DNA of 64,000 nt from Camelus dromedarius (taxonomy: Eukaryota), in the NCBI RefSeq assembly GCF_036321535.1, contig NC_087438.1:10852001-10916000 (forward strand), in the 5' to 3' direction. Shown piece after piece: positions 25,951 through 37,130 of the stretch (positions are counted from its first letter, which is position 1; the number at the start of each line of letters is the position of its first letter). The notes under the pieces are model-generated. The model saw only the letters and a list, made by a program, of their open reading frames with translations. It did no database searches and had not been told where the DNA came from. The translations under genes and the position numbers were made by a program.

Positions 25951-26990
25951 TGATTTTATCAATATATGACTCTATTCTATCTTCTGCTGCTGTTCAGAAG
26001 CCCTCTGTCAATCTAAACAATGTTCTTGTTTTTTGTCTTTGTGCTTCTATTAAGAGTATATTTTGCCTTTTGTGTTTCTCAGTTTCATTCTGTTGTATCT
26101 ATGTGTCAATTTATTTATATATATCTTGCTTGGGATTCATTTGATTTCTGGAAACTACACTTTTATCATATCTGGAAAAACTTCAAATATTGCCTGCTTT
26201 CCATTCTCTGTTGTCTCTACCTGGGATTCTGCATATTTGGATGTTAGTGAATATTTCCTAGTTATAAAAAACAAACATTTAGAGTTCCAGGAAAGGAGAG
26301 GGAATGGAGCACAGGCAATATTTCAAATGATAATGGCTGAAATTTTTTCAGATATACTCATGCTAATTTCCACTTCTCCTCAGTTGTATCTAACATGCTA
26401 TTAAACCTTGTCCATTCACTTTTTATTTTCAATTATATTTTGCATTTCTATGTAAAAGCTTCATTTGCTTCCTGCACAAGTGTATGTTGTAATTCTTTGT
26501 AGTTTCCTTTACTTTGCAGATATTTTCAAGTGTAGCTTTTAATTTTTGCTCTGAATTGTTGGTTACTATTTACGGTTCCTTATTCCTTGGAGAATTAATT
26601 GTGAGAATTTATTGAGGTCTAGAATGAGGCTAAGTTCCTCCAGAGAGGATATGCCAGGTCCCTGGGAGCCATTCCAATTGGAACACTCTTTAAGCTGAAT
26701 GCACTGCTTGAATTTGGTTGTGTGAATTTGGGCAAAAATTCTACAAAATCAGCTTGTGTTACTATCTCTCTCTCTCTCTTTCCCTTCCTTCCTTCTTTTC
26801 TTCTTCCCTCTCTCCTGCCTGCCTTTCTCCCTTCCTTCCTCCCTTCCTTCCTCCCTTCTTTCCTCCCTCCCTCCCTTCCTTCTTTTCTTCCTTCCTCCCT
26901 TCCTTCTTTTCTTCCTTCCTCCCTTCCTTCCTCCCTTCTTTTCTTCCTTCCTCCCTTCCTTCCTCCCTTCTTTCCTCCCTCCCTCCCTTC

Positions 26991-27055
<65 letters not shown>

Positions 27056-27118
27056 TTCCTTCCTTCCTTCCTTCCTTCCTTCCTTCCTTCCTTCCTTCCT
27101 ACCTACCTTCCTTCCTTC

Positions 27119-27189
<71 letters not shown>

Positions 27190-27740
27190 TTTCTTTCTTT
27201 CTTTCTTCCTTCCTTTCTTTCCTTCTTTCTTTCTCTCCCTCTTTCTTTCTCTTTCTCTCTTTCTTTCTATTTCTTTTCTTCTCTTTCTCTCTTTCCCTTT
27301 GTTTTGCTTGTTGCCAATGCAACAAAGCAAATCTCCTTGCAGTCTTCAGTGAGGGGAATGATAAATTTTCTTCCAGTTAATCCTTAAACCCAAAGTACAA
27401 CCCTTTGGGGTCCCAGCTTTATGAAGAGGAGGCTTGTTATTAGACCACCCATGTTGTCTCTGTTCTATATGCCCAAATGAGACCTTGAAAGTCATCGCTC
27501 AAGTTTCCACTTTGGCAAATGCCCTCAGGCCAAAGAGGCAAAGGCAGTTTTCCTTTTATAACTTCTAGCTTTCACTTAGATTTTGGCCTCAGGTTTTTCT
27601 TATTACTTTGCAGCTCATCAGTGCTTTCAGGAAGATTTTTTTTTTTTTGGTTTATTTTTACCCGCATTTTAAATTATTTTTCAGGAGAAAACTTAGTCTT
27701 ATACCCAGGCCACCATGTTACCAGAAATGCCCCTCACCCT
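25950..27740 (-). mobile_element. Old L1 5'/ORF1 region, fragmented and split by a microsatellite
   Basis: Antisense L1 ORF1-like text (tctggaaaaacttcaaatattgcc; tcagttgtatctaacatgctattaaacc); L1 5'-end-like sequence at 27330-27740. Confidence 0.6.
26765..27300. repeat. Compound pyrimidine microsatellite (CCTT/CTTT/CT blocks)
   Basis: About 535 nt almost free of purines; blocks of (CTTT)n, (CCTT)n, (CTTT)n preceded by higher-order units. Confidence 0.99.
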
Positions 27741-29849
27741 GTATGGTACTGTCAGGCTTTCTCAGTGTTTTCAGACACCATTTGTTTTCAGACACCATTT
27801 AGTTCCTTTGGGCCTGTTCCATGTGGGTTTTACAAACATGAATTTAAGCCAATGGCCAGATATGGAATATGGACTAAAGATTCTCTAGTCTCATTGAGAG
27901 AACAGATGGGATCTGCTTCTGTCACCATCCCACCATGGAGGAGAGAATTAGCAAAAATAGTTTTGGAAATTGAGGGAGTTTCTAGCAGAGGAACCAATAT
28001 TATGTTGCCTTCTTTTACACACATGGTATATTTAATCAGAAAGTAGAATTTAAATGCCATATGAATAGCCTTCAATAGTCATCAACATTTGATTAGGGAT
28101 TGAAAAAATATCGGTCCCCAACTGCGGCTGTTTGTTCACTTGTTGGCATAGGGTTTCTACAAGCGACCTAGGGCAGTTGTTCGCTTGTGGTAGGATGGCC
28201 CATTCAAAGTACAGATGGCTTGTTAGATGGAGTTTGTTAAATTTAAACCCAGAAGGAATTGCCAGCAGATAAGAAAATTAGGTGGTAATTTTAAATAGTG
28301 TTAAAAAATGGATTTGTTTTAGAATGTAAGTGTCTAAGCAGTATTTGAAGACATATTGAGGCACAAATTCACCTTAATTTTTTTCAATTTCTCACAATCA
28401 TACATCTCACTCTGGAGCTGGTATTCACGATGTTGAGGAATGCTTATGTGTATTTTGCAGTCTTAAGAAATGCACAACATTTCCCAAGGGTATAATTTCA
28501 CAAGGAAAAAATACTGCTCACAAAATTAGAATCTACTAATAGGTAAAAAGAATCCTACAATGACATTTGCAAAAAACCTTTAGTTACCATGAATATAATT
28601 GTAGTTACCTTGGGCCAGATGCAGAAAGGACTTAGATCGACTCTGTGGTGCGTGGTTATTCTTTCCCAGGTGCTTGCCACATTCACTCTCCCATTCTGAG
28701 CAAAGAAGCAATAGGCTGCTTTTCATCTAGATTTCTATGCTTTAAGATTAAAAAATAACTCATAGATGGCTACTACTGATGGGACCAGGGGTGACGTCTG
28801 GGCATGAGAAAGGTGAATGATTTACAATGTGGTTTTGCATGGGCGTTCTACCTCATAAGGTCCTCCTGTTCCTGTTGATGGCAACTTTAACAAATCAATA
28901 AGATCTCTTCCGAGAAATTTGAAAATAATATGAGAGCAACCAAAATAGGTAGTAGAGTAAAACAGAATTCAAGAGATGCAGAAAGAGTGGAATATAGGGA
29001 AGAAGCAATGAGGCATTAGAAACTATGAATTGGCAGAAACCATGAAGTAGAGCAGCAGGTAGACAGAGGCAATTAGAGTGGCCCCAGAAAAGAAAGAACT
29101 GGGCCAAGCAAAGGAAAACGTTGTTGGATAATAATGTATGGTGGGAATGCAGGTCTTGATTTGCTTTCATGAACAGCATCCAGCTCTCCACAAAGGCTCT
29201 TTGCTTACTGCATCTGTTATCTTAAATTGCTCATGTATTTTTTCAATCGACTCTCATTACTTTAAGAAAATGTGTTTCTGTTTCTTAATAACTGAAAGCT
29301 ATTAATCAAACCAGATTTGACGGAAAACAGATAATGACCAAATTGGCTCTTTAGTAAGTTTGTCAAGAGCAAATTAGTCAAGGTGGCACAGAAAGGTGTG
29401 TGTATGTGTATTTTGAGACTCTTTTCAAATTAAAGCAATGACAGAATATATATCATAATGATATGTATAATTAATATAAATGTGTATCAATGAGAGTTAA
29501 ACATTTAGAAAGGGAAAAAAAATCAAAGTCATAGCCACAATCTAAAATCAAGTTATACATCTTTAGAACTGAAACTGAGCTGAACTTAAGTGGCACCGAT
29601 GCCATCCCAGGACTACAAAGGGATGGGGCTGTTGACTCCAGGCAGGGAAATGGGCAGAGGTGTCTGGTGTTCTACTTGTGTTACTGGAAAATAAAAGTGC
29701 TCTGTGTGAGGTGGGCGACTGTGACCTGTTTGCTGTTATAAAGCCTGTGAAAGGAAGATGAAAAAGCTGTGACTAGTTTCTGGCTGTGGCCCACAACTTA
29801 AGGAATAAGAGAGAGGCAAAGCCTGCCTGGGGTCTGGGCCAAATCACCA

Positions 29850-30128
29850 TTGGCACAGGGACCGTGACAATAATGTCCTTAATATCACCTTGGGACAGAA
29901 CCTTGTGTAGCTGGATGCAGGCACAACTCTTTGATGGAAAAGGATGAGTTCAGAGCCAGAGAGAAAAACAATCAAAGAAGGAAGCAATCTCCAATACAAA
30001 TAGGAGAAGCAATTCTGACTCAAGACTCCAACATCAACACTTACCTGAGCTGCCAACTTGCCAGCCTGCCCAGATTTCACATCTGCCAGCCCCCATAATC
30101 TTGTGAGTCCATTTCTTAAAATAAATCA
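29850..30128 (+). mobile_element. MLT2 LTR fragment
   Basis: actccaacatcaacacttacctgag..ccagcctgccc..gccagcccccataatcttgtgagtccatttcttaaaataaatc. Confidence 0.7.
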
Positions 30129-30224
30129 GGTAGATTTATTTTATTATAGAAGTATGTTATAATATATAATGTTGTCTATTATTATATATAACATACATGT
30201 TATTATATAAATCTATTATTATAA

Positions 30225-30800
30225 TGATGAAAGAATAACTTTGAAAATATAAGGTCAAAGAAACTTCTAGAAATTAAGACACCATATGGGTCCTCAGATT
30301 CAAAGTGTAAACTGAATGCTGAGCAGGATAAATAAAACTCAATTCACACCAAACACATCAACATGATATTGCAAACATTAGGAGAAAATCTTATGAGCAA
30401 CCAAAGGAAAAGAAGCAATCTTAAAATCTTAAACTTATTAGACAAGAAATGCAGATTACCTGCAAATGAACCACAGTTAGACTGACAGCAATTTTCTCCA
30501 CAATGAAAATAGATGATAAAAAGATAGTGGGATAATATCCTCAGAGTGTTGAGGGAAAATATGTTTTGACCTGAAATACTACATTCTATTAAGATGTGCT
30601 TTGTGCATGAGGATTCAATGAAGACATTACCAAGTATCTGGAGTGTGCCTGCCACAGTTCTCCACTGAAAAAAACTGATTAAGGGCATAAGGTAACTCAG
30701 ACAAAAAAAAGTAGGATGCAAAGCGAAACAGGAATCCATGAGCACGAAATTCTGGGTAGACTAAGTTTCAGCTGCAAAAACGATGGCTAATTCTTATGTT
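30225..30800 (+). mobile_element. Old L1 ORF1 region
   Basis: cctcagattcaaag..ataaataaaac..cacaccaaacacatca..cagttagactgacagcaattttctcc..gggataatatcctcagagtgttgagggaaaa. Confidence 0.75.
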
Positions 30801-31235
30801 TAAAAGGAAATAGAAAAGAGTTCTATACAAAATAAAATATAAGAGGACAGGTACGCACTAACTAGGTGAATTCTGTTTGTCTCAATTTCAGGTGAGCAGA
30901 TTAGAGATACTTGAAAGGACACTGACTTACACTTAAATGTTATATATTTCAATATATAAATGATCATCTACAGCCGTGCTGGATAATAGACAGCTGCTTG
31001 CACCTGCATGGAGAATTACATGGATGGTATCACTCCAAATGCAGCGTGATAAGGTGTGTTGTTCTGGTGACTCAAATATCATCAAAAGTGTTGCCTTCAG
31101 TAACATGAGTTCCAAAAGATGGACCAACTTTTGGTAAAGTCCCAAGCCAAAAGTACAACATTCCCTTGGGGTTTTATTGTGCATTTCTGAGAAATTCATT
31201 ATAATTTAAGACTGTGCAAAAATAATTTATATGTG

Positions 31236-31875
31236 CAGTCAACCCTCATTATTTGTGAATTCCACATTTACGAATTTTGCTACTTGCCCAAATTAATTTG
31301 TAACCCACCAATTGTCACTGGTGGTGCTTTTGCAGTCTTTGCTGAACGTGGGCAGAGTGGCCAACACTTGAGTCACGAATGTGCACATTCCCAGCAGAGG
31401 GAAAACAAGGCTCTGTCTTCTTGCTTCAACTCTCATACTGAAATCAGGTGTCCTTTTTGTAGTCTATTTAGTGCCATGTTTTTCACATTTTTGTGTTTTT
31501 GGTTGGAGATTTTGCTGTTTAAACTCCCCTCAAATCACAGTGCTGAAGTACTGTCTAGTGTTCCTAAGCATGAGGGGGCTGTGATGTACCTTATGAAGGG
31601 AACTTGTGAGTTAAAGAAGCTTTGTTCAGGCATGAGTATAGTGCCATTGGCTGTTAAGTTTGATGGTAAAAAGTCTGCAATAAATAGGATGTCTTTAAAC
31701 AGAAATAGATGTAAAACAAGGTTATGTTTTGATGGGTTGATGAAAATGCAGTGACCAGAGGCTCAAAGGAAAGGAACTCTGTATTTCCCTTTGGAGCAAT
31801 GGTTTAGGAGTTGCTAATTCAGTCTTCATGATGACTTTATAGGCCAGAACTACTACAAATTATAAACGTCGTCTG
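31236..31875. mobile_element. MER82 (TcMar-Tigger) non-autonomous element
   Basis: cagtcaaccctcattatttgtgaattcc..atttgtaaccc..gcagagtggcc..ttgagtcac..cacattcccagc matches the MER82 start; roughly full length. Confidence 0.85.
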
Positions 31876-32529
31876 CGTAGGTAAAATGGAGACGTTAGAA
31901 TAAAGAGGAATTTCTCCTCATAACACAGCCAAATATACCCTCTGTACTTTCCAAAACGCTGCCTAGTAGAAAACCACCTCTGTAGAGAAATGTTTTGGAA
32001 ATAGGGTTGTCCTTGAGTTCTAATGAGTCTGTGCCATACATTGAATCCTAATTCGACTACTCTGATGTCCAAAGTCTCTAGTACCTGATATGTTAGCATT
32101 TTTTCTCCAGAAAAATCAGATTGCCCATAAAGGTATTCTCCAGTCAGCTCACTTGTTAGGATTTTCTTAGCTTAGATTTCAGTCTGTGCTCAAAGCAGAC
32201 ACTCTAGTTCTTCTGTTGGTGGAGCAGGAGACTCTGGTCTCAGGAGAAGACCTTCTGGAATCCTCAAAATCACAAAAGGGATCATCAGTTGGGGTTAGCA
32301 TTAACTGGAAGTCTAGGAGGTCTCAAAAGTCAGTGCTCATCGCATTAATACTGTGATGCTTGTTTTCATTTTTCTTTTTCAATCTCCTCTTTCAGTCTTT
32401 TTTCTCTCTCCAAATGGAGAAAAGATTCAAAAGCACACAGTGAGCCCTACCAGGTCTTATATTTATTGCAAGGAACATGCTCCCCCTGCTTACCTGTAAG
32501 ACAGATCTTGTCAATGGTGTAGACTTAAG

Positions 32530-32820
32530 AGGCGCATAAAAAACATACCTTTACAAAGACTCTCAGTGGTGCTGGATTAGGCACTGAGGATGCAAAGATA
32601 TGCAATCGATCCTCCCTTGAGAAATATGCAGTCCTCTAGAGAAGATGCCAAAGAACAGAACATTTCAATATCGTGAGCTGACAGGGTAGGTAGCCCCAAG
32701 GAGAGGCCCGTAACTCATCCCCGGGAGGGAGTGAAGGGAGGTCTGTAAGGCCCTCTGGAAGAGGAGTTACACTTGAGCTGATTCCTCAAGAAGGTCTAAG
32801 AATTTCCCAGACTGTCTTAT
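32530..32820 (-). mobile_element. L2 fragment
   Basis: taggcactgaggatgcaaagat..ctggaagaggagttacacttgagctga. Confidence 0.55.
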
Positions 32821-33138
32821 GTCAGCTCACTTAAGGCCAAGGGTCACGTCTAAGTCACCTAAAAGTCTAACCACTCTTGAGCCAGTTATCTCCATCCACA
32901 GATTCAACAACTGTATCATAACAGTGAACTGTGTAGTTGGAACAGTTGAGCACTTTGCTTCTAACCCATTAAGTTAGTCATGAAAACTCCCAAACAGCTC
33001 CAGCACATTTGCTGGATTTATTTAACGTCTTTATTTTAGGGAGGTCCAAGCTTTATAAACTGTTTCATTTATTCTCATATCAAATATCACTGAAAGGTTA
33101 AATTTGGTGTTCGGTGACATTCTCCAGGCAACCTTTCC

Positions 33139-33267
33139 AAAGCGAAAACTGAAAATAATGGATGTGACGTTTCTTCCAGGAAATCTCCTCCACGAAGCCC
33201 AATCTTGAATCCTCGGAGGACCTAGCAGTTTTGGACGGTATCCAACCTGCCAGTTTCTTGTGATTGG
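33139..33267. promoter_or_regulatory. Candidate cis-regulatory module (IRF, CRE half-site, GAS/STAT, two CCAAT boxes)
   Basis: AAAGCGAAAACTGAAA 33139-33154; TGACGT 33165-33170; TTCCAGGAA 33174-33182; CCAAT 33199-33203; ATTGG 33263-33267; 8 CpGs in ~170 bp. Confidence 0.4.
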
Positions 33268-33519
33268 AGCTCGAATCGCTCAACTGGACAAAGTGTCAGG
33301 AGACAAGGGTTCCTTTACTGGAAAGAATTCAAAGGAGGGAGGAAGGAAGGGAGATAGAGAAAGGGAGAAGGAAGAAATGGAGAGAAGGAGGAAGAGAAAA
33401 ACAGAGAGAGACAGAGACACAGAGAGAAAGAAAGTGGTTGAACAACAAGAGAGGCCCCATCCTCATCACGGATGGAAAGTAACTGAAAGAATTAAACAGT
33501 TGATCCCTTTCTAAAGAGG

Positions 33520-33770
33520 CACTGCTGTGTAGTAGGAAAAACTGGGGATAAAATCTGAATTCAAAGCCATTTCCATCACATACTAACTGTGTAATCATAC
33601 AAAATTAAACTGAGATTCAGTCTAGTTCAGTGACGAAAACAGGCTTGATAAGAGCACCTAATCCATAGGACTAGGTGAGAGTTAGATAATGTAAAAGATG
33701 CAGAGTGCCTAGAAGAGGTGCCACCTGACATGCTATAATAATGTTACCATTATTTATTATATAATATTAT
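33520..33770 (+). mobile_element. MIR
   Basis: atctgaattcaaagcc..catactaactgtgtaatc..agataatgtaaaag..agagtgcctag. Confidence 0.65.
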
Positions 33771-34049
33771 TATAATTACTGGCAGTGGTTGTACAATTTT
33801 GACTTCATGATAAATAAATAAAATGAATAACCACCCTGATTAAATTAGCAGTAGTAAATGAATAATAAAGTGGGATCACTTGATGAGAATGTAGTTTCTG
33901 AACAATTTAATATGTAAATAAGATGTCTATTTTTTCTAATAATTAAGCATTCTTAAGGCACGAGCGTATTATAATGTTAAGTGTTAAATGACATTTATGA
34001 AGCGCCTTGTGTTTTCCCAAAGTATCTCATAATTTTTTTATACATACAT

Positions 34050-34440
34050 TTGTCAGAGGATGGTAAGACCACTACTTAATATCTGAAGTGAAAAGACATG
34101 AGGCTTATTGCTGACTCTAGGAAAAGGGGGCGATATTGATCAGACAGCCTCTCTTTCAGGGATTGATGACTTTCAGAGGTCCAAATGGGCTCATGTCACC
34201 AGCAGAAATGTGGTTATTCAGGAGACACTTTTGTTGACTGGCGAACACTTAGGGACATGGTCATTGTAACGAGTCCATCTCTGACTGGCTAAACTTTTTC
34301 AGAAGCAGTGGGCTGGTGATGATTGGTTGACGTGCCAAAGTATGTTTACAGGAGGTAAGTGGTTGTTGATCAATTGAGCAGGTTTAAAAATGATCCTGAT
34401 TGTTACTTATTATCATGACTACAAGAAAATCTGTCTTTCC
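34050..34440 (-). mobile_element. Probable old LTR fragment (family unresolved)
   Basis: tgtcagaggatggtaagaccact..gcttattgctgac..gattggttgac has the style of an antisense ERV LTR. Confidence 0.35.
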
Positions 34441-34479
34441 TTAATTACTTAAAATACTCTCACTTTATGCTTATTGAAA

Positions 34480-35660
34480 TCCACTTGTTTGGTCAATAAC
34501 TATTTATTGAGTGCCTATTATGCTTTAAGTAAAAAAAAAAGTGTATAGAACAGTGTATCTGTTCTTACAGTCAAGCTAGGGAAACAAATAAACAGATAAA
34601 TAGAGAATATCTTGTGCTGGTAAGAGCTGAGGAGACTAATCAGGCAGGACACTCTGACTGATGAATTGAGGGTGTTCTGAAGGTTGGTGTCATGAGTTGA
34701 ATTGTGTCCCCTCCAAAAGATGTACTGAAGATCTAACTCCCAGTGCCTATGAATACGACACCTGGAAATCAAGTATTTGCAGATGAAATCAAGTTAAGAT
34801 AATATCATTAGATTTAGCCCTTTGGAACAGATCCAATGTGCCTGGTGTTTTATAAGAAGAGGAAACAAGGACCCAGACATACAGGGAGAATGCCACGTGA
34901 GGATAGCGCAGGGACAGAAGGGATGTAACTGTAAGCCAAGGAAGGCCGAGGATGGTAGGCGACCACCAGAAGCTAGGAAGGGCAAAGAAGGACTCTACTC
35001 AGAGTCTCAGAGGGAGCATGGCCCTGCTCACAACTTGAGTTTGGACCTCTAGCTTCCAGAACTGTGAGTCAATACATTTCTATTGTCTCAAGCCACTCAC
35101 TTGGTGGCACCTTGCAATGACAGACACAGGAAACAAATACGGTTGGCAAGGGCAAAAGAGGGCAGATCAATCAGCAGACTCATGCAAGAGCCACATGAGA
35201 GAGGCTGATGGCTCAAATCAGAGCACTAGAAATAGAGCTGGTGAGAAAGGGTTGGATTCTGTATATATTTTGGAGGTAAAACCAACAGGATTTGGTGATG
35301 GATTGAATGTGAAGTGTGAGAAGACAGGAATCCAGGATGACTCTAGGTTTTTGATCTGAGCAACAGGAGTTACTATTTTCTAAAATAAAGAATATTCTAG
35401 GTTAAGGGAGAGGAACTTAATTCAGAAATTTGACTTTTAAGTTTGAGATGTCTATCAGGCATCAATATGCAGATGTCAAACTCAGAATTAGATGTATATG
35501 TTTGGAGGGCAGGGAAAACTCCAGATGGGAGAATACAGTTTTGAGTTGTTAACATATAGATGGCATTTAAAAGTCAGAAAGTAAGATCTCTCAGGTGCCA
35601 AATATACAATGAAAACAAAAGGGAGTCCCGAATTGAGCCTTGTGGGATAGACAAGACAGA
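34480..35660 (-). mobile_element. L2 fragment split by MLT1
   Basis: caataactatttattgagtgcctatt; continues after 35146 with ggattctgtatatattttggaggtaaaaccaacaggatttggtgatggattgaatgtg. Confidence 0.8.
34688..35141 (+). mobile_element. MLT1C/B-type MaLR solo LTR with 5-bp TSD
   Basis: tgtcatgagttgaattgtgtcccc...caggaaacaaatac; TSD gttgg at 34683-34687 and 35142-35146. Confidence 0.92.
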
Positions 35661-36369
35661 AAACTGAGACAGAAAAATTAAGAAACTTGCCCAAAGAGAA
35701 ATAATTAGAAATAATGTCAGAATTTCAAATTAGGTCTTTTACTTTCAAATTCTTTCTTATTTCTAATATATGCAGTGTCTCTCATGTAACATTTTCTGTA
35801 GTAGGAAGAGTTTGATCCATATAAACTGGTTCTAACCTGTTCTCTTTCTTACTATACCTTCTTGAAAGATGTAATGACTAAAATGGGTGTAACTTTAAAT
35901 TATTCAATAGATACATGACTTTTTCTCTGACCTTCCATAATGGCCTACGTTATCACCTCAACCCTACCTTGAACATCAGAAAGAAGTTTGCACTTGAGGT
36001 AATCAGAGTTAGCTTCATTAGTTACAGACCTCATTCTGGACTTCATTAAAATGAAGCTGTATTTTGAAAATCTTATCTAATGGCATCTTATTGATGCTCT
36101 CCTTACTTCCTTCTTGGGAACAGATAACTTATGGATTGGCTCATTGTATATTGTCTTATGCAGTTGCTATCCTAAAATATTTTTTGTTAGGTGCTCAGTG
36201 AAGTTTTGTTAAGCCAAATACATTTCATCTTCCTACTTGGTACAATAATTATACAGCTTTTAAAGTTGGACACTACCCAGCACAATTGAAAAAATTAAAC
36301 CAAAAATAACCTTTCATTCAAAAATACAAAGAGTGGATTTCAAAAGCATCACTCTGTGGGTGTGAGAAT

Positions 36370-36530
36370 GGAAAGAGACTTTATAAATCACTGATTCTAA
36401 CCCCTTCCCTTTAAAGCGAACTAGATCTTCACGTTAGAGAAAGTTAAGGTCTAGAGGAGTTTGCACCACTTACCCAAGGCAACACCTGACTGTGGCAGGC
36501 TGGGACTGGAATTCTAGCCTTCTTCCCAAT
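36370..36530 (-). mobile_element. MIR
   Basis: aaagttaaggtctagagg..acttacccaaggcaacac..gtggcaggctgggactggaa. Confidence 0.65.
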
Positions 36531-36749
36531 GCTGGGGTTCGGTTCCCCAGATGAGAGAACTGAGAGAAGAGAAAAGGAAGATAGATCAATGCCTATGTCT
36601 GATAGCCTTCATGACAGACTAGATTCAGAAGAGAAAAGAAAATCAGGGAAGATGAGAAGGTGGCCAGTTTTCCGCAGTACGTGGCAATGAAAGTGTTCCA
36701 ATGAGCAGCATGGCCAAAGCATGAGGAGCAAACCCCATCTTCTGCACCA

Positions 36750-37130
36750 AATATGTTACTTCAAATCCTCTTGCCTCTGTTTTGTCTTCTGTAAAATAGA
36801 GATACAAATAATGGGCTTGTTTTGAGGATTAAGTGTAATCACCTGTGTGAAGTGTTTAGCATAGTGCTTGGCACAGAGAAAGAGCTGAGTGAATGTTAGT
36901 TATTATTGGTAGTATCTTTAAATAATAAAGCCAGAGAATGCAGGCTGATATTCCAGCTCTTCTACTAGCCCTGTAAACTCAGCAAATCACTGAACTCTGC
37001 GCCTCCATTTCTTCACTATAAACTGGGGTCATAACACTTTATCTGCTGACTTTACAGTGATGACATGCATGAGGATTGAATGAGAAATATTAGTGCAAGG
37101 GTCCTGAATGTGTAAACTGCTGATTTCCGT
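36750..37130 (+). mobile_element. Two tandem MIR remnants
   Basis: gcctctgttttgtcttctgtaaaatagag..gaggattaagtg..gtttagcatagtgcttggcacag; second copy from about 36930. Confidence 0.75.

Noticed and set aside
26718..27387. Longest ORFs in the track (187-221 aa, several frames and both strands)
   Set aside because: Translations of a stop-free CT microsatellite giving F/L/S/P or K/E/R low-complexity strings; not genes.
27519..28046. 175-aa ORF
   Set aside because: Begins in a decayed L1 5' region and runs through a T tract and a tandem duplication; no recognisable protein.
31233..31754. 173-aa ORF
   Set aside because: Lies within a non-autonomous MER82 element, starts at GTG and has no recognisable transposase domain.
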